Shown: positions 1 to 12,760 of the stretch, piece by piece
How the letters are laid out: each line of letters starts with the position of its first letter
Position numbering within the stretch: position 1 is the first letter of the stretch
From: Camelus ferus
Lineage: Eukaryota
Direction: 5' to 3'
Assembly (NCBI RefSeq): GCF_009834535.1
Contig: NC_045697.1
Span: 41,480,001 to 41,544,000 of the forward strand
Length of the DNA: 64,000 bases
The notes under the pieces: generated by a model
What the model was told of the DNA's origin: nothing
Databases searched by the model: none
What the model saw: the letters and a program-made list of their open reading frames with translations, nothing else
Position numbers and translations under genes: made by a program

Positions 1-18
1 TTTGAATTCCAGGTAATA
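1..18 (+). other. Possible 5' splice donor (CAG|GTAATA), i.e. end of an exon lying mostly upstream of the window
   Basis: tttgaattccag|gtaata matches the donor consensus well. Only 12 exonic nt are visible (FEFQ or LNS+AG), so it cannot be verified. Confidence 0.25.
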
Positions 19-1489
19 GGAAGAACAGGGACTTTAAGAAATCATAACAACATAAAGTAAAAAGATGTAGAAATGAGCATAACAAGTTTGTGGAACCAAA
101 AGTCTTACAAATGGGATGAAACAGAGAATAGATTTATCATTATAGGGCTGCTCTGTTTGGCTTCTCAGTGGGCTGCAAGTTACTCAGATGGGAAACTAAA
201 TCCTTAGGTTTATTTAACCTTAGTAAGATCAACATAAGTAACCCTTGTATTGTATACAATTTTAAAGGCTTTTCACTGTTTGGTGGTACCTTAGGCTATC
301 TCTTAGAAGATAGATTTGGGACTTCCATTGTTTGAGAGGTCCCAAGTAATTTGATGTCAGATCAGGAAAATAATAATCTTTTCCTGGAGCTTATTTGAAG
401 AATAAGTCAGTATAAATTTTAGGATATTTCAGATTCTTCATAAAGAATTCTCTGTATTCTGATAAACAGTATAAGAGAACTATTACTAAAATAAAAGTAT
501 GAGATATTAATGAAGATTTGATTAACATAAATCTTCTCAGCTTATTGGGAAATTGAGTCTACAGTTTAACAGCATTCATTACATGTAATAATATATTATT
601 TATAATGTAGATACCAGAAATGATAGATGCCAGATGTTTTGAAGTTTTCTTTCTAGTTGTACTTTCGGAAGGTCTAGTTGGTTTTTTGGTGCTTTAAATC
701 CTTAAGGCCCACTTTCAAATGCCTTTAAGTTTGAGAATGAATAACCTTGACGGTATTATCTTTACAAAGTCATTAATAAATCTTAAGAATCAACATAATC
801 CTGCTTTGGAATTTAGTTTATTAAGATTTAAAGATATCATACCCTCCCTTTCCCCACTCCGTAAAGGAAAAGATTGAATAAAATGTATTCGGGAAAAACT
901 ATGTGAAATAGTGGGTAGGAAACAATTAGTTTAAGCTGTTTTTCATTCTTTATGAATTTCAGCCAAATATATCATGTCAGGTGTCTGTTGACTATCCTCT
1001 TGCCAATCAGGGTTCAGGTCAGCAGTGTGGAAGGTGGCAGGCAATCAGACCTCACATGCTGACTTTTTTCCTAGTCTTGTTCCTAAGTATAGATGTCTGA
1101 CTCTGTGTTATGATCTAAGGAGCCAAAACACCCTCTGGTCCTCAACTCTCTCTGCTTCTGAACCTGATACAGTGTGTGAAATTTCCCACTTACTCCTTTG
1201 GTTGAAGACTGTTCCTATTAAAATAGAAATGTTATGAGGTAAATTGGTTGGCTAGCTAGCCTGATAAACTAACTTGAGTTAAGGTATGAATTGGCGATAA
1301 TGGGTTTTGAATCTAGGTAATATCCACACTTGGATAAATGTCTTAATGCATTAACACAGAAGACTAAAGAAGTGCGATGTATGGGAAAGAGTTTTATAGG
1401 AAGGGAATCAAGACTGGTCTGAAAGAGAGTGCTTTGTAGGGGTTTAGTAGATTATTTAAACTTTTCACTGTATTGTCTCTGGAAAAGGA

Positions 1490-1640
1490 AGAGGACTTGA
1501 TGTTGGATTCTCATTGCAGCTTTGTCATGAATTAATATTCCTTTGGGCAAGTCCTAACCTAGCTGAGTTTCAACTGTGTGTGTGAGGGAGTTGCGATAGA
1601 TGATATTTAAATTTCTCTTTAACTCTAAAAATTGTATGGA
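1490..1640 (+). mobile_element. MIR3/MIR SINE fragment
   Basis: Core 'ctttgggcaagtcctaacct' and tail 'tagatgatatttaaatttctctttaactctaaaaattgtatg' resemble the MIR3 3' end. Confidence 0.55.
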
Positions 1641-2287
1641 TTAAATTGTACAGATTGAATTAAAGCATGGGATAATAATGCCCAAAAGGCCAGGCCAAGT
1701 GGAGTACCTTTGTGATGGTAGCCTTGGCCAGTGAAGGGGCTTCATGGGGATGAAACGCAGCTTCACAGACAGGTAAAGGGGAAGATAGGCCAGATGGAGG
1801 CTTAGAAGGGCCTGGAGGACAGACTTGCCTATTCCCAGTTTTGCTTTGGCCCTCTCCCTTTTGTTAGCTTTAGCTTAATTCTACCCATTCTCACTCTAAA
1901 TCTGGAGATACCATATTTTAGTTATAGGAAGTCACTTCTCATTACTGAGACTTGACATATCCATAAGGAAGATGGTTTATGTGTGGGCAACATTTGACTG
2001 CATCTATTTTACATATTTTTATCTTTATTAAAATTATCCTCTGCTATTGAAGGACTGGTCTGCACAAATGTTTTTTCACTGATCTATTTATGAGAGGAGT
2101 TTTAAAAATCTGACTTTAAAAATCATGATTTCTAAGCTGTATCGAAATTTACCAACACACTAGGTGAAACTATTGACATCTTAATCACCTTGGATGTCAC
2201 ATCAATACAACACAATTCACATGAAGGTTAAGATATTTTCAATGGGTGGATTACTATGGTCATCTCTGAAGAATGAGTAAGACACAG

Positions 2288-2390
2288 CTCTTCCTTTTTT
2301 CCCCTCCCTCTCTCCTTTTCTTCTTTCTTTTTTATCTGTTCCTCCCTCCTACCATCTCTCCTTCCCTTCTTTCCTTCCTTCCTTCCTTCT
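2288..2390. repeat. CT-rich low-complexity tract abutting an L2 3' end (minus strand, ~2385-2430)
   Basis: (CCTT)n-like pyrimidine run followed by 'ttcaaatattcactggctacctcctctgtgctagatactg'. Confidence 0.7.
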
Positions 2391-2578
2391 TCAAATATTC
2401 ACTGGCTACCTCCTCTGTGCTAGATACTGCCACATCAAAAATAAATTCATCTGACACATTGGACAGAGAGTTCCTTTAACAGAGGCTGAGTTCAGGGAGC
2501 AGTGCAAATGACTCAGCCACCACCCACACATTCTCGACTGGGGCGCCACAGAATGACATGAGTCCCAGTTCTCCCAGG

Positions 2579-3083
2579 CAGCAATTCTCAGACTTTGTGG
2601 TCTCATGATTCCTTTATACAACTTAAAATTATTGAGAAACCTGAAGAACTTCTGTTTATGTGGGTTATATCCATTGGTATTTACCATATCAGAAATTAAG
2701 ATACAAATTTGAAATAGATAATTAAGAATTAGCAACAGTGAGCCTGTTACATATGATAAATAAAATAATGTATCTTTTAATGAAAACTGCTTTTTATAAA
2801 CCAAAAATAATTGTGACAAAGTATTACATTTCTGCAAATCTATTTAATGACTGGCTTCATGGAAAACCCCTGAATTCTCTTATCTACTTATGCCTTCAGT
2901 CTGCTATTATATCATACAACATGCAGCCTCTGGAGGGCTCTACTGTACATTTGAGAGAAAATGAGAGTGGAAGTGGCCAACTATGTCTTAATAGTATTTG
3001 GAGTTAGTTTTGACTCAGGGACCCCCCTGAAAATGTCCTGGGGACCTTCAGGGTATCTGTTTACTATACTTTGAGAACCACTT
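2579..3083. mobile_element. hAT-Charlie non-autonomous DNA transposon (MER119-like)
   Basis: Degenerate terminal inverted repeats cagcaattctcaga ... tttgagaaccactt. Internal 'ttaaaattattgag...tgtttatgtgggttatatc...tatttaccatatcagaaattaa' is typical of MER119. Confidence 0.75.
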
Positions 3084-3209
3084 GTAAAAAGCATCGCTTA
3101 TAATGTGATAAATTAACATCTCTTTTATGCATATAGAATGGTACTATTCTCAGAAAAATAGAGAAAATAGTGTGTTTGATCATTCAGAGGAGGAACCCTA
3201 GACAAGAAA

Positions 3210-3900
3210 AGTCTGTAAGATTGTAGCTTCCACAAAGGCAGAGATCTATTTCTCTTTTTTACCTATTAGCTGTCACAGGGCCTGATATATTGTTGACTCT
3301 GTGAATCTCAATGATGGAACATTCTAGTAAGACATGTACTTTCATAAGTCACGATAACCCTAGGTGGAATATGGTGAGTGCTACAAATAATGTTAAATGG
3401 GTCTTGTGGAGTTGGAGGGAGCACCCATTTTCCACTGAGGTTTTAGAAGGGATTCATGGAAGAAACAGGATCAGAGTGGAACTGTGAAGATGATTTTAGT
3501 AGTCAGTGTTGGAGTTGGAAAGGCTACTTCTAGAAGAGGGAACAGAATGAGCAAAGAGAAGCGTGGACTTGGGTTCAGAAGTTTAGGCTTGGGTGACCGA
3601 GACACAGAGGAGATGGTAGTCAGAGATATGGCTGGAAAAATAGACTGAGGTTCTCAGTGCTCTAGGAAGGAATCTGGGTCTGTTTCCACAGATAGTGGAG
3701 AGCTCCTGCTGTTTTCTGATCAAGTTTAAGAAAATGAATACGGTAGCAATAACGAGAGTAGTTTGGAGAGGGGAGAGAATGGAGGCCAGCTGAGCTATTA
3801 GGAGGGGGGCGCTGAGAATCCAGCATGGAGAAGAGTTAGTAAGAATCAGTGGAGAAGGATCCAGTAGATAAAGAAGGCCTCCGCTTCGGTAGTTTGGAGT
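3210..3900. mobile_element. L2 LINE fragments (short + strand 3' tail, then minus-strand body)
   Basis: 'gtaagattgtagcttccacaaaggcagagatct' L2 tail, followed by purine-rich antisense L2-like sequence. Confidence 0.55.
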
Positions 3901-3969
3901 AAGAAGTTGCAAAAGAGATAGGGCTTCAGTCAGTAAGGAAGGGGAATGCCAGATTCTTTATGATTTCAT

Positions 3970-4140
3970 TGTAGACCCAGCCACAGTATTACTGAGCAGT
4001 TATACAGAAGTCCTTGGACTTTGGTTTCTCCATATGTAAAATGCAGCAATGGGTTGCTTGCCAATTTGTGTCACAAGAGTTCATGCAAAGATTAACGAGC
4101 TCTTTGGCAGAAAGGCACTCTATTAATCTAAGCCATCAAT
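3970..4140 (+). mobile_element. MIR fragment
   Basis: Core 'ttggtttctccatatgtaaaatg'. Confidence 0.5.
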
Positions 4141-4574
4141 AATAAAAATGAGAATGTTTGCCAGATGCTTTTGCTCCTATGTTGAAGGCTGCTATGCAAA
4201 TAAGAAATACTGCTTGGAACTATTGTCACTGTTAATGATAGTAAAGTCATTACCATGAAATGCCTACACAGCAAACTTACTCTCTGTCAATTCCAAAGTG
4301 GGAAGATGAAACCAGGCATGGAAGTCCATTCCATTTTGTTTACTATGAATCTTGCTTATTGTAAACTATTTTCCTGGTTAGGAGGGACATCATTTTAAGA
4401 GTATTTGAATTTCACTGAATCTCATTACTTCCATCACTCTATTCTGGTCAGGTTTTTCATCACTATCAGAGGCCTCATTATCCTGACTTCTCTGTGCAGG
4501 TAGAGGTGGTACTACTTGATATGTGCATCTGTGTTCTTGTTAATTGTGGCCACTTCTATTAATTTAACACACAG

Positions 4575-4800
4575 CTTTATAGCATGGTGGTCAAGCATGT
4601 AAACTCCAAAGTTAGACCATCTGGTTTAAACCCAAATTCTATTATCTCACTTGAGATCCTGGTTAATTCACATAATCTCTGAAGGAAACAGATGTTTCCT
4701 TATCTGTAAAAATAGTGCTAATAAAGATGGTGATCTTGTGAGGTTGTTGTGAGTGTATGAATGTAGAACACAAGGCATAAGGTACTCAGTAACTGCCAGG
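4575..4800 (+). mobile_element. MIR SINE
   Basis: tRNA-like head 'tatagcatggtggtcaagcatg' and core 'gtttccttatctgtaaaaatag'. Confidence 0.7.
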
Positions 4801-4998
4801 TTTTATTCTGTTTTTCGTCAAATTTATTACTGTTATCATCAACATGTCTTCTTCTTTAATCAGGTTCCTGTTCCATTCCTTGTTAATTCATTATTTGTTT
4901 ACTGGTAGTTAATTTGTGACCATACAATTGATCAGCAGCTTTTTCTTTATTTAGAATAAACTTTTTGAGGAATCCCCCAAATCTTAAATTTTATTCAT

Positions 4999-5003
<5 letters not shown>

Positions 5004-5037
<34 letters not shown>

Positions 5038-5073
5038 CACACATATATATGTACATATGTATATATATGTATG
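5004..5073. repeat. (TA)n microsatellite with TACA/TATG extension
   Basis: About 13 TA units, then a mixed CA/TA/TG run. Confidence 0.9.
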
Positions 5074-6074
5074 TTATATTCCTGCCAGGCTTTCCCTTGC
5101 CTAGCAAATCAGGTATTTAATTCTGCTGTGAGTATAAAGGATCCAGTAACTTGTTCTAACCATCTAACTGGTATTATTTCCCATGGCACATTGTTATCCT
5201 CCCACACAACCATCTTGTAAAGAAAATTTGCTGGCCATCTTCCTTCTTGACTCTTGTATTTTATTCAATCTTTTCCCAAGGTCTGTAACAGTATGTTTCT
5301 GTCCTTGCTATCAATCATGTCTCTCTGGACTTCTAAAGGCACCTTCTCATATTAACTCAAACCCTTTGAGGCCCATTGTAACATACACCAAACCCTTAAT
5401 ACATAATGTTGAAGCTCAGTGAGTGTTTGGAGCTACAACCAAACCTGTGCTCTGCTCACTAAACCAAAACTCATTTTTATAATTTGCATGAATATCTCAA
5501 GAATTGTTGGACTGCTGTGCCCCTGCTCAGCACCCAATCAGTTGTTACCCATTACTATTGATACACAATGCTTATAAATTCCTGTGAGTTTCGGCTGAAT
5601 ATATCATTGACAGATTCTCCCCTTGTCTTAGTTGCATGGGTGACTGAGTATTTATCCACCATCTCTCTCTGCATTGTCTCTAACTTCCATGGGGCAGAAA
5701 CCAGAGGAAGGCAATGGTCTTGCTTCCTATGAAAAGTTGATCCTTATTTGCTGATAGTGAATCTGTTCGAATTGTAGAGGACAGAATGAAAATGACTACT
5801 GAAAATAGCTGCTATTAGAGGTGGGATGATGACTGCGTAGTGAGGCAAATCAGAATATATTAGCATTTAATCAATTCTTTCTTTTATGATTCTAAAGTTG
5901 AGTATCAGCCTTAATCATTCTGGTTTAGAAGTTGTTTAGCTAGATATACCAGGAGGGAGTTTCCTTTTTGAAAATTGTCATACTCCATCTGATATTAGGT
6001 CACTGAAGTTTAAATTTAACACCTCAGCTTTACACATCTTTCAATATGAGGTTTACCTGCTTTAGCCATCTGCT

Positions 6075-6510
6075 GATTTTGTGATCTTGGCTGTGTTAAC
6101 CAATGCCTGATTTCTTGGTTTTCTCACTTGTAAAATAGGAACAATAAATGTATGTGTCTCATAGGGTAGTTCTGAAAATTTCACTTAATTTTTTGCAAGA
6201 GATGTAAGATAGAAGAGATTTAAAGTTATTAGAACAGTGCCTGGGACGGAGCAAACTTCAGTACCCATTAGCAAGTATTATTTATTACCCATCTGAAGTA
6301 GCATGGTGGTTTAGAACTTGATTCTGGAATCAGACTTTTGGACTTGAGTCCTAACTCTGTCGCTTACTGCCTGGGTAATTTTGGAGCCCTTCATGACTTC
6401 TCTGAACCTCTGTTTCATTTATAATTGGGACAGTAACAGTACCTACTTAACAAGGTTTATGTAAGGAATAAATGGAAATCACTTAGCATAATTTTCACTG
6501 ACTATTAGAT
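6075..6510 (+). mobile_element. Two tandem MIR copies
   Basis: Cores 'ttggttttctcacttgtaaaatagg' and 'tctctgaacctctgtttcattt'; tail 'tagaacagtgcctggg'. Confidence 0.7.
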
Positions 6511-6554
6511 ATTATTTTTATAATCCTTATGACATGAATTATATAGTAATCATA

Positions 6555-6790
6555 GTAGTAAATGCTTATAGAGAACTTACTGTGAGCCAGGCAATATCCC
6601 AAGTACATTACACATATTGCCTCATTTATTCTTCACAATACCTTACGGTAAGGTAGGTACTATTATCATGCTCCTTTTACAGATGAACAAATTGTGGCGC
6701 AGAGAGGTCAAGCAACATGTTCAAGGTCCCAGAGTTAGTGAGTGGCGGAGCAGAATCTGTACTCTTCCACATTACACTTTATTGCCTCTT
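6555..6790 (-). mobile_element. MIR SINE (antisense)
   Basis: 'gtaggtactattatcatgctccttttacagatgaacaaattgtggcgcagagaggtcaagcaacatgttcaaggtc'. Confidence 0.8.
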
Positions 6791-6897
6791 GGGAAAAATA
6801 AAGAAAAATGTTGACTACAATGTCTGAAGAGTGAAATTAGACTGTTGGGCTAATGATTGAAGCTCTCACTGTGTCCTGTCCTCTTTCAAACCCTTAA

Positions 6898-7250
6898 TGA
6901 ACTCATCTACAAAACAGAAACAGACTCGCAGATGTAGTAAACAAACTTATGGTTACTGGGGGTAAGGGAGTGGGAAGGGATAAATTGGGAGTTCAAAATT
7001 TTCAAATACTAATTACTATATATAAACTAGGTAAACAAGTTTCTTCAGTATAGCACAGGGAACTATATTCAGTATCTTATAGTAGTCTCTAATGAAAAAG
7101 AATATGAAAAGGAATGTATGTATGTATATGTATGACTGAACTATTATTCTGTACACCAGAAACTGACACAACATTGTGAACTAACTATACTGCAATAAAA
7201 AAGTTAAAAAAAAAAAAAGAAATAGTATTTAACATTAAATTAAAACCAAA
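6898..7250 (+). mobile_element. 5'-truncated lineage-specific L1 3' UTR with poly(A)
   Basis: 'aactcatctacaaaacagaaacagactc...aacaaacttatggttac...tatagcacagggaactatattca', AATAAA and A-tail. Probable TSD aaacccttaa (6888-6897) / aaaccctaaa (7251-7260). Confidence 0.9.
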
Positions 7251-7699
7251 AAACCCTAAATCTATTCATGTGGTCAGTTAAACCCGGTTAAAATGAAGAT
7301 TGATAAGTAGCTCTGGGGAAGAAGAGAAGGTGAGGCAGTTCGCAATAGGGGAAACTGAAGTCTCTGTGCTTGAGGATGGAAGGGAAGCCTCCAGTCCTCT
7401 GGCCTCAGATAAGCTCCTATTGTCCTGGGATGAGGTGAGAGGACCGGGTTTACGTGAAGACTTCTGCTCTGATTTAGCTCCAACTTCTCCCCTTTCCTGC
7501 TACTTACTTCAGTCATTGCACGGCTCTGTCTGAAGCCCCAGGCAATCACATACATTTACTATTTATTTATTTATAAAGAAAATAAATGTGATTTTATTCT
7601 ACTTTGTGGTGCATATGTCCCTGGTGAGCCGACCTTTGTCCTGGGCTGCAACCCTGCTTTTCTACTCCATGGAACAGAATAGTGCCTGACTGCGGGGGA

Positions 7700-7915
7700 C
7701 AGTGTCAAAGGGCTTTTTGGCTTTCAAGTCATACAGATCAGGTACTAATTCCCAGTATGACACTGGGCAATTAGTTAGCAACTTGAAGACTTGGTTTCCT
7801 TATCTGTGAAGTGGTCATGTTTTACATAGCCATAGTTTTTGAGGGAATTGAATGTAAAACATTTTAGTATGGTATCTGGCTAAAGCAGGGAATTACATTT
7901 TATTATTGTTATCAT
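7700..7915 (+). mobile_element. MIR SINE
   Basis: 'ttggtttccttatctgtgaagtgg' core and 'ttagtatggtatctggc' tail. Confidence 0.6.
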
Positions 7916-8047
7916 AACTCTAAAACTTTTGAAAAAGATTTGTTTGCTTTGGCTCATTACCAAGCAGTTTCATATAGAAATAACTAAAGAAACTCAGTTA
8001 TTATCATGGCAAATGCCCTGGGGCACTTTTAATAAAATAAAATAAAT

Positions 8048-8507
8048 TTTATAATAAAATAATGCCATTTGCAGCAACACGGATGAAACTGGAAAATGTC
8101 ACTCTAAGTGAAGTAGGCCAGAAAGAGAAAGAAAAATACCACATGATACCACTTTTATGTGGAATCTCAAAAAAAAAAAAAAAAAAAAAAGACGAACTTA
8201 TTTACAAAACAGAAACAGATTCACAGACATAGAAAACAAACTTACGGTTACCCGGGGAAGAAGAGGGTGGGAAGGGATAAATTGATAGTTTGAGATTTGC
8301 AGATACTAATGTATATATAATAGATAAACAGCAAGTTCATACTGTACAGCACAGGGAACCATATTCAATACCTTGTCGTGACCTATGGTGAAGAAGAACA
8401 TGAGAACAAGTGTATGCATGTTCCTGTGTGACTGAAGTATTGTGCTGTACTCCAGAAATTGACACAACATTGTAAACTGACTGTGCTTCAATAAAAATAT
8501 ATTAAAC
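8048..8507 (+). mobile_element. 5'-truncated L1 (ORF2 C-terminal remnant + 3' UTR)
   Basis: From 8062 translates MPFAATRMKLENVTLSEVGQKEKEKYHMIPLLCGI, matching the L1 ORF2p C-terminus. Same 3' UTR type as the 6.9 kb copy. Flanked by aataaaataaat repeats (likely TSD). Confidence 0.92.
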
Positions 8508-9569
8508 AATAAAATAAATCTTATGTTCATCCTCATTAGCATGTATGCTCTGGGATGACACCCCTCTCCACCCAGGTTTGGGGAAAGCAAGCTGTGAAAA
8601 GGGGATAGGGTTGGGAAGTGCAAGAAAAAAGTGGGTCTAGAAAATAATACTCTGCTGTTTATATAAGTGAGATAATGTATGTGGACGTGCTTTGCAGATT
8701 CTCAACTTCTTTGCAAATATAAGATTAAAAAAAATTTCTGTAGAAATTCTGACAAGAAAAAAAGTATGGAATTAGTTGAGTCAACAAAGGCAGGGAGCAG
8801 AAGTCTTGCATGATGTGCTAAGGAAAGTACGATTGGGTTGGAGGAAATCAGAATTTGAGCAATTGGATTATTAGAAAAAGGCATGTAGATAGATCTTGGA
8901 AAAGTATATATGATAAGGATAAATTAACCAGTCTGATAGTGTTTGAATATTTTGGTAAATCAGTAGGGGTTTGAGTGCCAGGTAGAGGAGTCTAAATGAC
9001 ATTCAGTCAGTCTCAGCCTATCCCAGCATCAGTGCTTGGTCCCATATACTGATTCACTTGGTGATCCAGGGAAGCAGAGAGCAGCATTTTCTTTCATTAT
9101 ATGCAGAGTGGCTATAGTATATAGCCTTGACTGAGTCACTGATATAAAGACTATTTGCAATAATCCCTCTTCTTGGGTTGTGAGCTTGGGTGCAGATGTC
9201 TACCATATTATGGACCCAGAATTTGCACCACTTTCCACTTCCCCATTCTCTCTCTGATATGAGGCAGTTTCTTCTTTATGACTCTTGAACACAAAGGGCT
9301 TATTACCTGTCTTATTCTAGACATCCACTCATGCAAGTATGGACAGAGACCTTGACAGTGCCTGAGGTATCCATCTGAAGTGACTCAGGTACGATTTGCC
9401 TTTCTTGGGTGATCGAAGTGATTATCTAACCTCTATCACTAGTGCAAAAAACTGTTTCTTAATTTAAGCTGTGGCAAGACTTCTTAATGCATTAAACTTA
9501 CCACGTGGAGGTAAAGGTAATCTGGATGCACCATAAGTTACCATATTGATTCCAAGGATAGATTTCATT

Positions 9570-9875
9570 ACATTTATTCATTCAATGAATGTTTATTAAA
9601 TACTAGCTATGTTCTAGCTGTGGCGATACAGTAATGAATATAATGAACTAAAAAAATCACCTCTGATCATCTCTGTCTTCATGAGCTTATGTTCTGGTTG
9701 AAGCAGACAGACAGTAAACCAGAAGAATAAATAAAATATGTTGTATATTAGATGTTTGAAATGGTCAAGGAGAATATTAAAGCAGGAAAGCGGGTTGGAG
9801 AGTATGGTAGAGGTTTAGAATTTTAGATAGGGTGACAAGGGAAGGGCTTCCTGGAGTGTTATTAAGCAAAGACCT
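9570..9875 (-). mobile_element. L2 3' end
   Basis: 'catttattcattcaatgaatgtttattaaatactagctatgttctag' is the antisense L2 tail. Confidence 0.75.
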
Positions 9876-10524
9876 TCTTTGATAGGTCTTCATGAGCATG
9901 TGTTCCTTCTCTGCACGATTCTGTGTTTGTCCCTTTTAAAGCTGTGTACTTGATACAAGTGATAGCACTTCCTGGATAAGTCCTCTAAGTCTTACCTTCC
10001 CAGATAAGACCCTCTACTCAAGGGTCTGTGGGTGCCCCTAACTGCTTGATAGAACCTCCAAACAAGTTCTCGAAAATCGCTTGTAGTAGAAAGTAGAGTT
10101 GTTGAGCTTAAGTGAAAACATTCGATTCTGCTTAAGACCAGGTCTCAAGTAGCAAAGGCCAACTTCCAGAGTTAGTCACAGTGATTTAGCTTTCCCCAAA
10201 TATACTTACCACTAATTTAAAAGAAAACATCTTAAAACATTTTTATTGTCTCTCTTCCATGAAATTGATTCTTCCCTAACTTAGGAATTATCTGACATTA
10301 ATTTATAGAAGTAATTTCATGTTCTAGTTGTTTTCGAAAGGTTATTGTGTGACATTTCTTTGCTCATTCATTTATTATTTGATCTTATACTGATTTCAAC
10401 ATGAATTATGCTTGTCTTTTTATGTTAGAAAAGTCTTTTGATTCTGGTTTGAGTTCTTTTGACTAATTTCCAACTCAGGGGGCATCTCTGACATTATATG
10501 AGCTGTGTGATATATTATTGTTTG

Positions 10525-10615
10525 CAGGGAGACAGAGAGACAGACATAAAGATAAAGAGGGAGAGAGGAAGGAAGAGGAGGAGAAGGAAGGAAAAAGAGA
10601 GCAAGAAGATGAAAA
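10525..10615. repeat. GA-rich low-complexity tract
   Basis: Purine run visible in the sequence. Confidence 0.7.
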
Positions 10616-11117
10616 GCCAAATGATTTTTAGAAACATCTTAGCCTCTCATTTCTATCTGTAGTGACATTATTTGGTTGTTGTCTGTTACCTTACACTCTA
10701 AGGCAGGATCATTATGGACAGAGTATAAATTTTAAAAATAACTCTTCACGTAGTGTTTATATTCCAGTGTCTTCAACATGTTTGATATAAAGGGCATTTA
10801 GCTTTAGTTTCTAAGAGCTTTGTGATCTTTTCGTTTGAACAGACTTCAATGCCTAGCACAATGTAACACAGACAACAAATAATTAATGTTTATTGGCCAA
10901 ATTAAAGTATATATCAGGGGTTATCCCACGTATTTTATAAGTTACCTTTTGCTGCATCAAAGCTATTCAGGGGACGTTGGAAGTGCAGGTTTGGTGTGTG
11001 AAGATGGGCATTGACAGTTAAGGCCCACAGAGAATCTAACCAGTGAGTGCAGGTAGAAAATTAGGCTATCTTTCTTCCTCTTTCCTCCCTCCTACTTCTT
11101 CCTGTTAGCATTGATAA

Positions 11118-11138
11118 TCTCTCTCTCTCTCTCTCTCT
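11118..11138. repeat. (CT)n microsatellite
   Basis: About 10 CT units. Confidence 0.9.
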
Positions 11139-11149
11139 ATTTATATGTA

Positions 11150-12760
11150 TGTTTTTGAATGCCTATTATTCTAGGCACTGAGTTCAGAAAAGGTCTAGTC
11201 CTCATAAGATCCTAGTCTGGTGAGGGACACAGACATTTCCCTTCATAGCACCTGTCGCAATTTGTAATGATACAATTTATGTGCATGTTTACTTTAGATA
11301 TTTAAATAAAATATGAGAAATATTACCAGGAGGGGGCTACAGTATTTTTGCAAGGGAGCTGAATATAGTTTAGGTGTCAGAGAAAGTCTCCTTGAGTAAA
11401 GATGGTTGGGTAGGAATTACTTGGATGAAGGAAGGAGGCTGGTGGAGTAGAAGAAAGTTTCTGACTGAGGAAACAGCATCTGTGAGGATCCAGAGGTGAC
11501 AAAAAGTTGAAGAGCTGCAAGTTGTGCAAGAGAGAGAAGAAGAAGAAGAAATGAGGCTTAAGAAGTACGCACGGTCCAGATTCCATTATGAAGAGCTTTG
11601 CGTGCCATATCCATTATGTTGCAGAAGAGTTTTAAGCACAGGGTTGGAAGCATGATCAGATGTGAGGGTTAGAATAATGTTCCCTTTGCTGTATGGAAAA
11701 TGTTCAGAGATGGGTGAGACAAACAGTGAAGAGACAAGGAGCTGCTGCAGTGGTCCAGGAAAGACACAGTGGTGGCCTGGACTAGCTGCTGTGGAGTTTG
11801 AAGAGAAGGGGCTGGATGTGCTCAAGGGATGTTTAGGGGGTTGGTAGAATCTGCAGGACTTGTCTGCATTTGGAAGATGAGGGGAATGACAGAGTAAGAC
11901 ATGATTCCTGGTTTCTGGCTTGGATGACTGTGTGGGTGGTGATTGCAAGTTTAGAGAAAAGGAACACTGGAGGAGGAACAGGCTTGGAAGGAAGATGAAT
12001 TCAGCTGTGGACATGTTGAATCTAAGATATCCAGTAGGCAGTTGCATATGTATGTTTAAAGTTTAAGAAATAAGTGTGGGCTGAAGATTCCGTTTAGGCT
12101 TCATCAGCAAGGAGAAGGGCGCTGTAGCCTGGGGAAGAGAGAATCTAGGAACAAACCTTGATAAACACCAACAGAGAAGGAGAGATCAGAGAAACAGGAA
12201 AATTATAACAAAAACAATAAAAGCTAAAATGTATATGACAATTACCAGATATCAGGTACTATTTTATGTGCTTTTACGTATATTAAATCAGTTTAATCAC
12301 CTTGAGAGTTTGGTGCTACTGTTATCTCTGATTTTGTGGATGAAAAATACGTAAGTCCAAAAGAAGTCACGTGACTTACAGACAGTCACACGGCCAGTAG
12401 ATGTCAGAACTGACTTAAACATAGGCATTCTGGCTGCGGAGTTTGTGGGTTCTTCCTCCACCTTCTTCTGAAAGCCATGGTGTTATGCTGTCCAGACACT
12501 CTGAGGAGAAAGGAAGTCTAGAGCCATGTCACAGCCTAGAGGCCAAGGAAGATCAGGGCTGAAAGTTGTCCGTTAATTTTAATGACATTTACCACTAACA
12601 AGAACTCCTTTGCTGTTGTGTTGGCCGAGAAGACAGATCACAGTAGGCTGAGGATCTCCTGGGAGATGAGGAAACAAAGACAGCAGGTGTACACAGTGTT
12701 GTCCAGATGTTTGACGGGGAAAGTGAGGAGAGAGGAGCTGGGAAATTCTGGATGACAGAC
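11150..12760 (-). mobile_element. Long L2 fragment interrupted by an antisense MIR (~12215-12450)
   Basis: L2 motifs such as 'gaattcagctgtggacatgttgaatctaagatatccagtagg' and 'tcctggtttctggcttggatgactg'. MIR 'ttatctctgattttgtggatgaaaaa'. Confidence 0.75.

Noticed and set aside
11586..12047. 153-aa minus-strand ORF
   Set aside because: Lies entirely within a decayed L2; Ser/Pro/Leu-rich chance frame.
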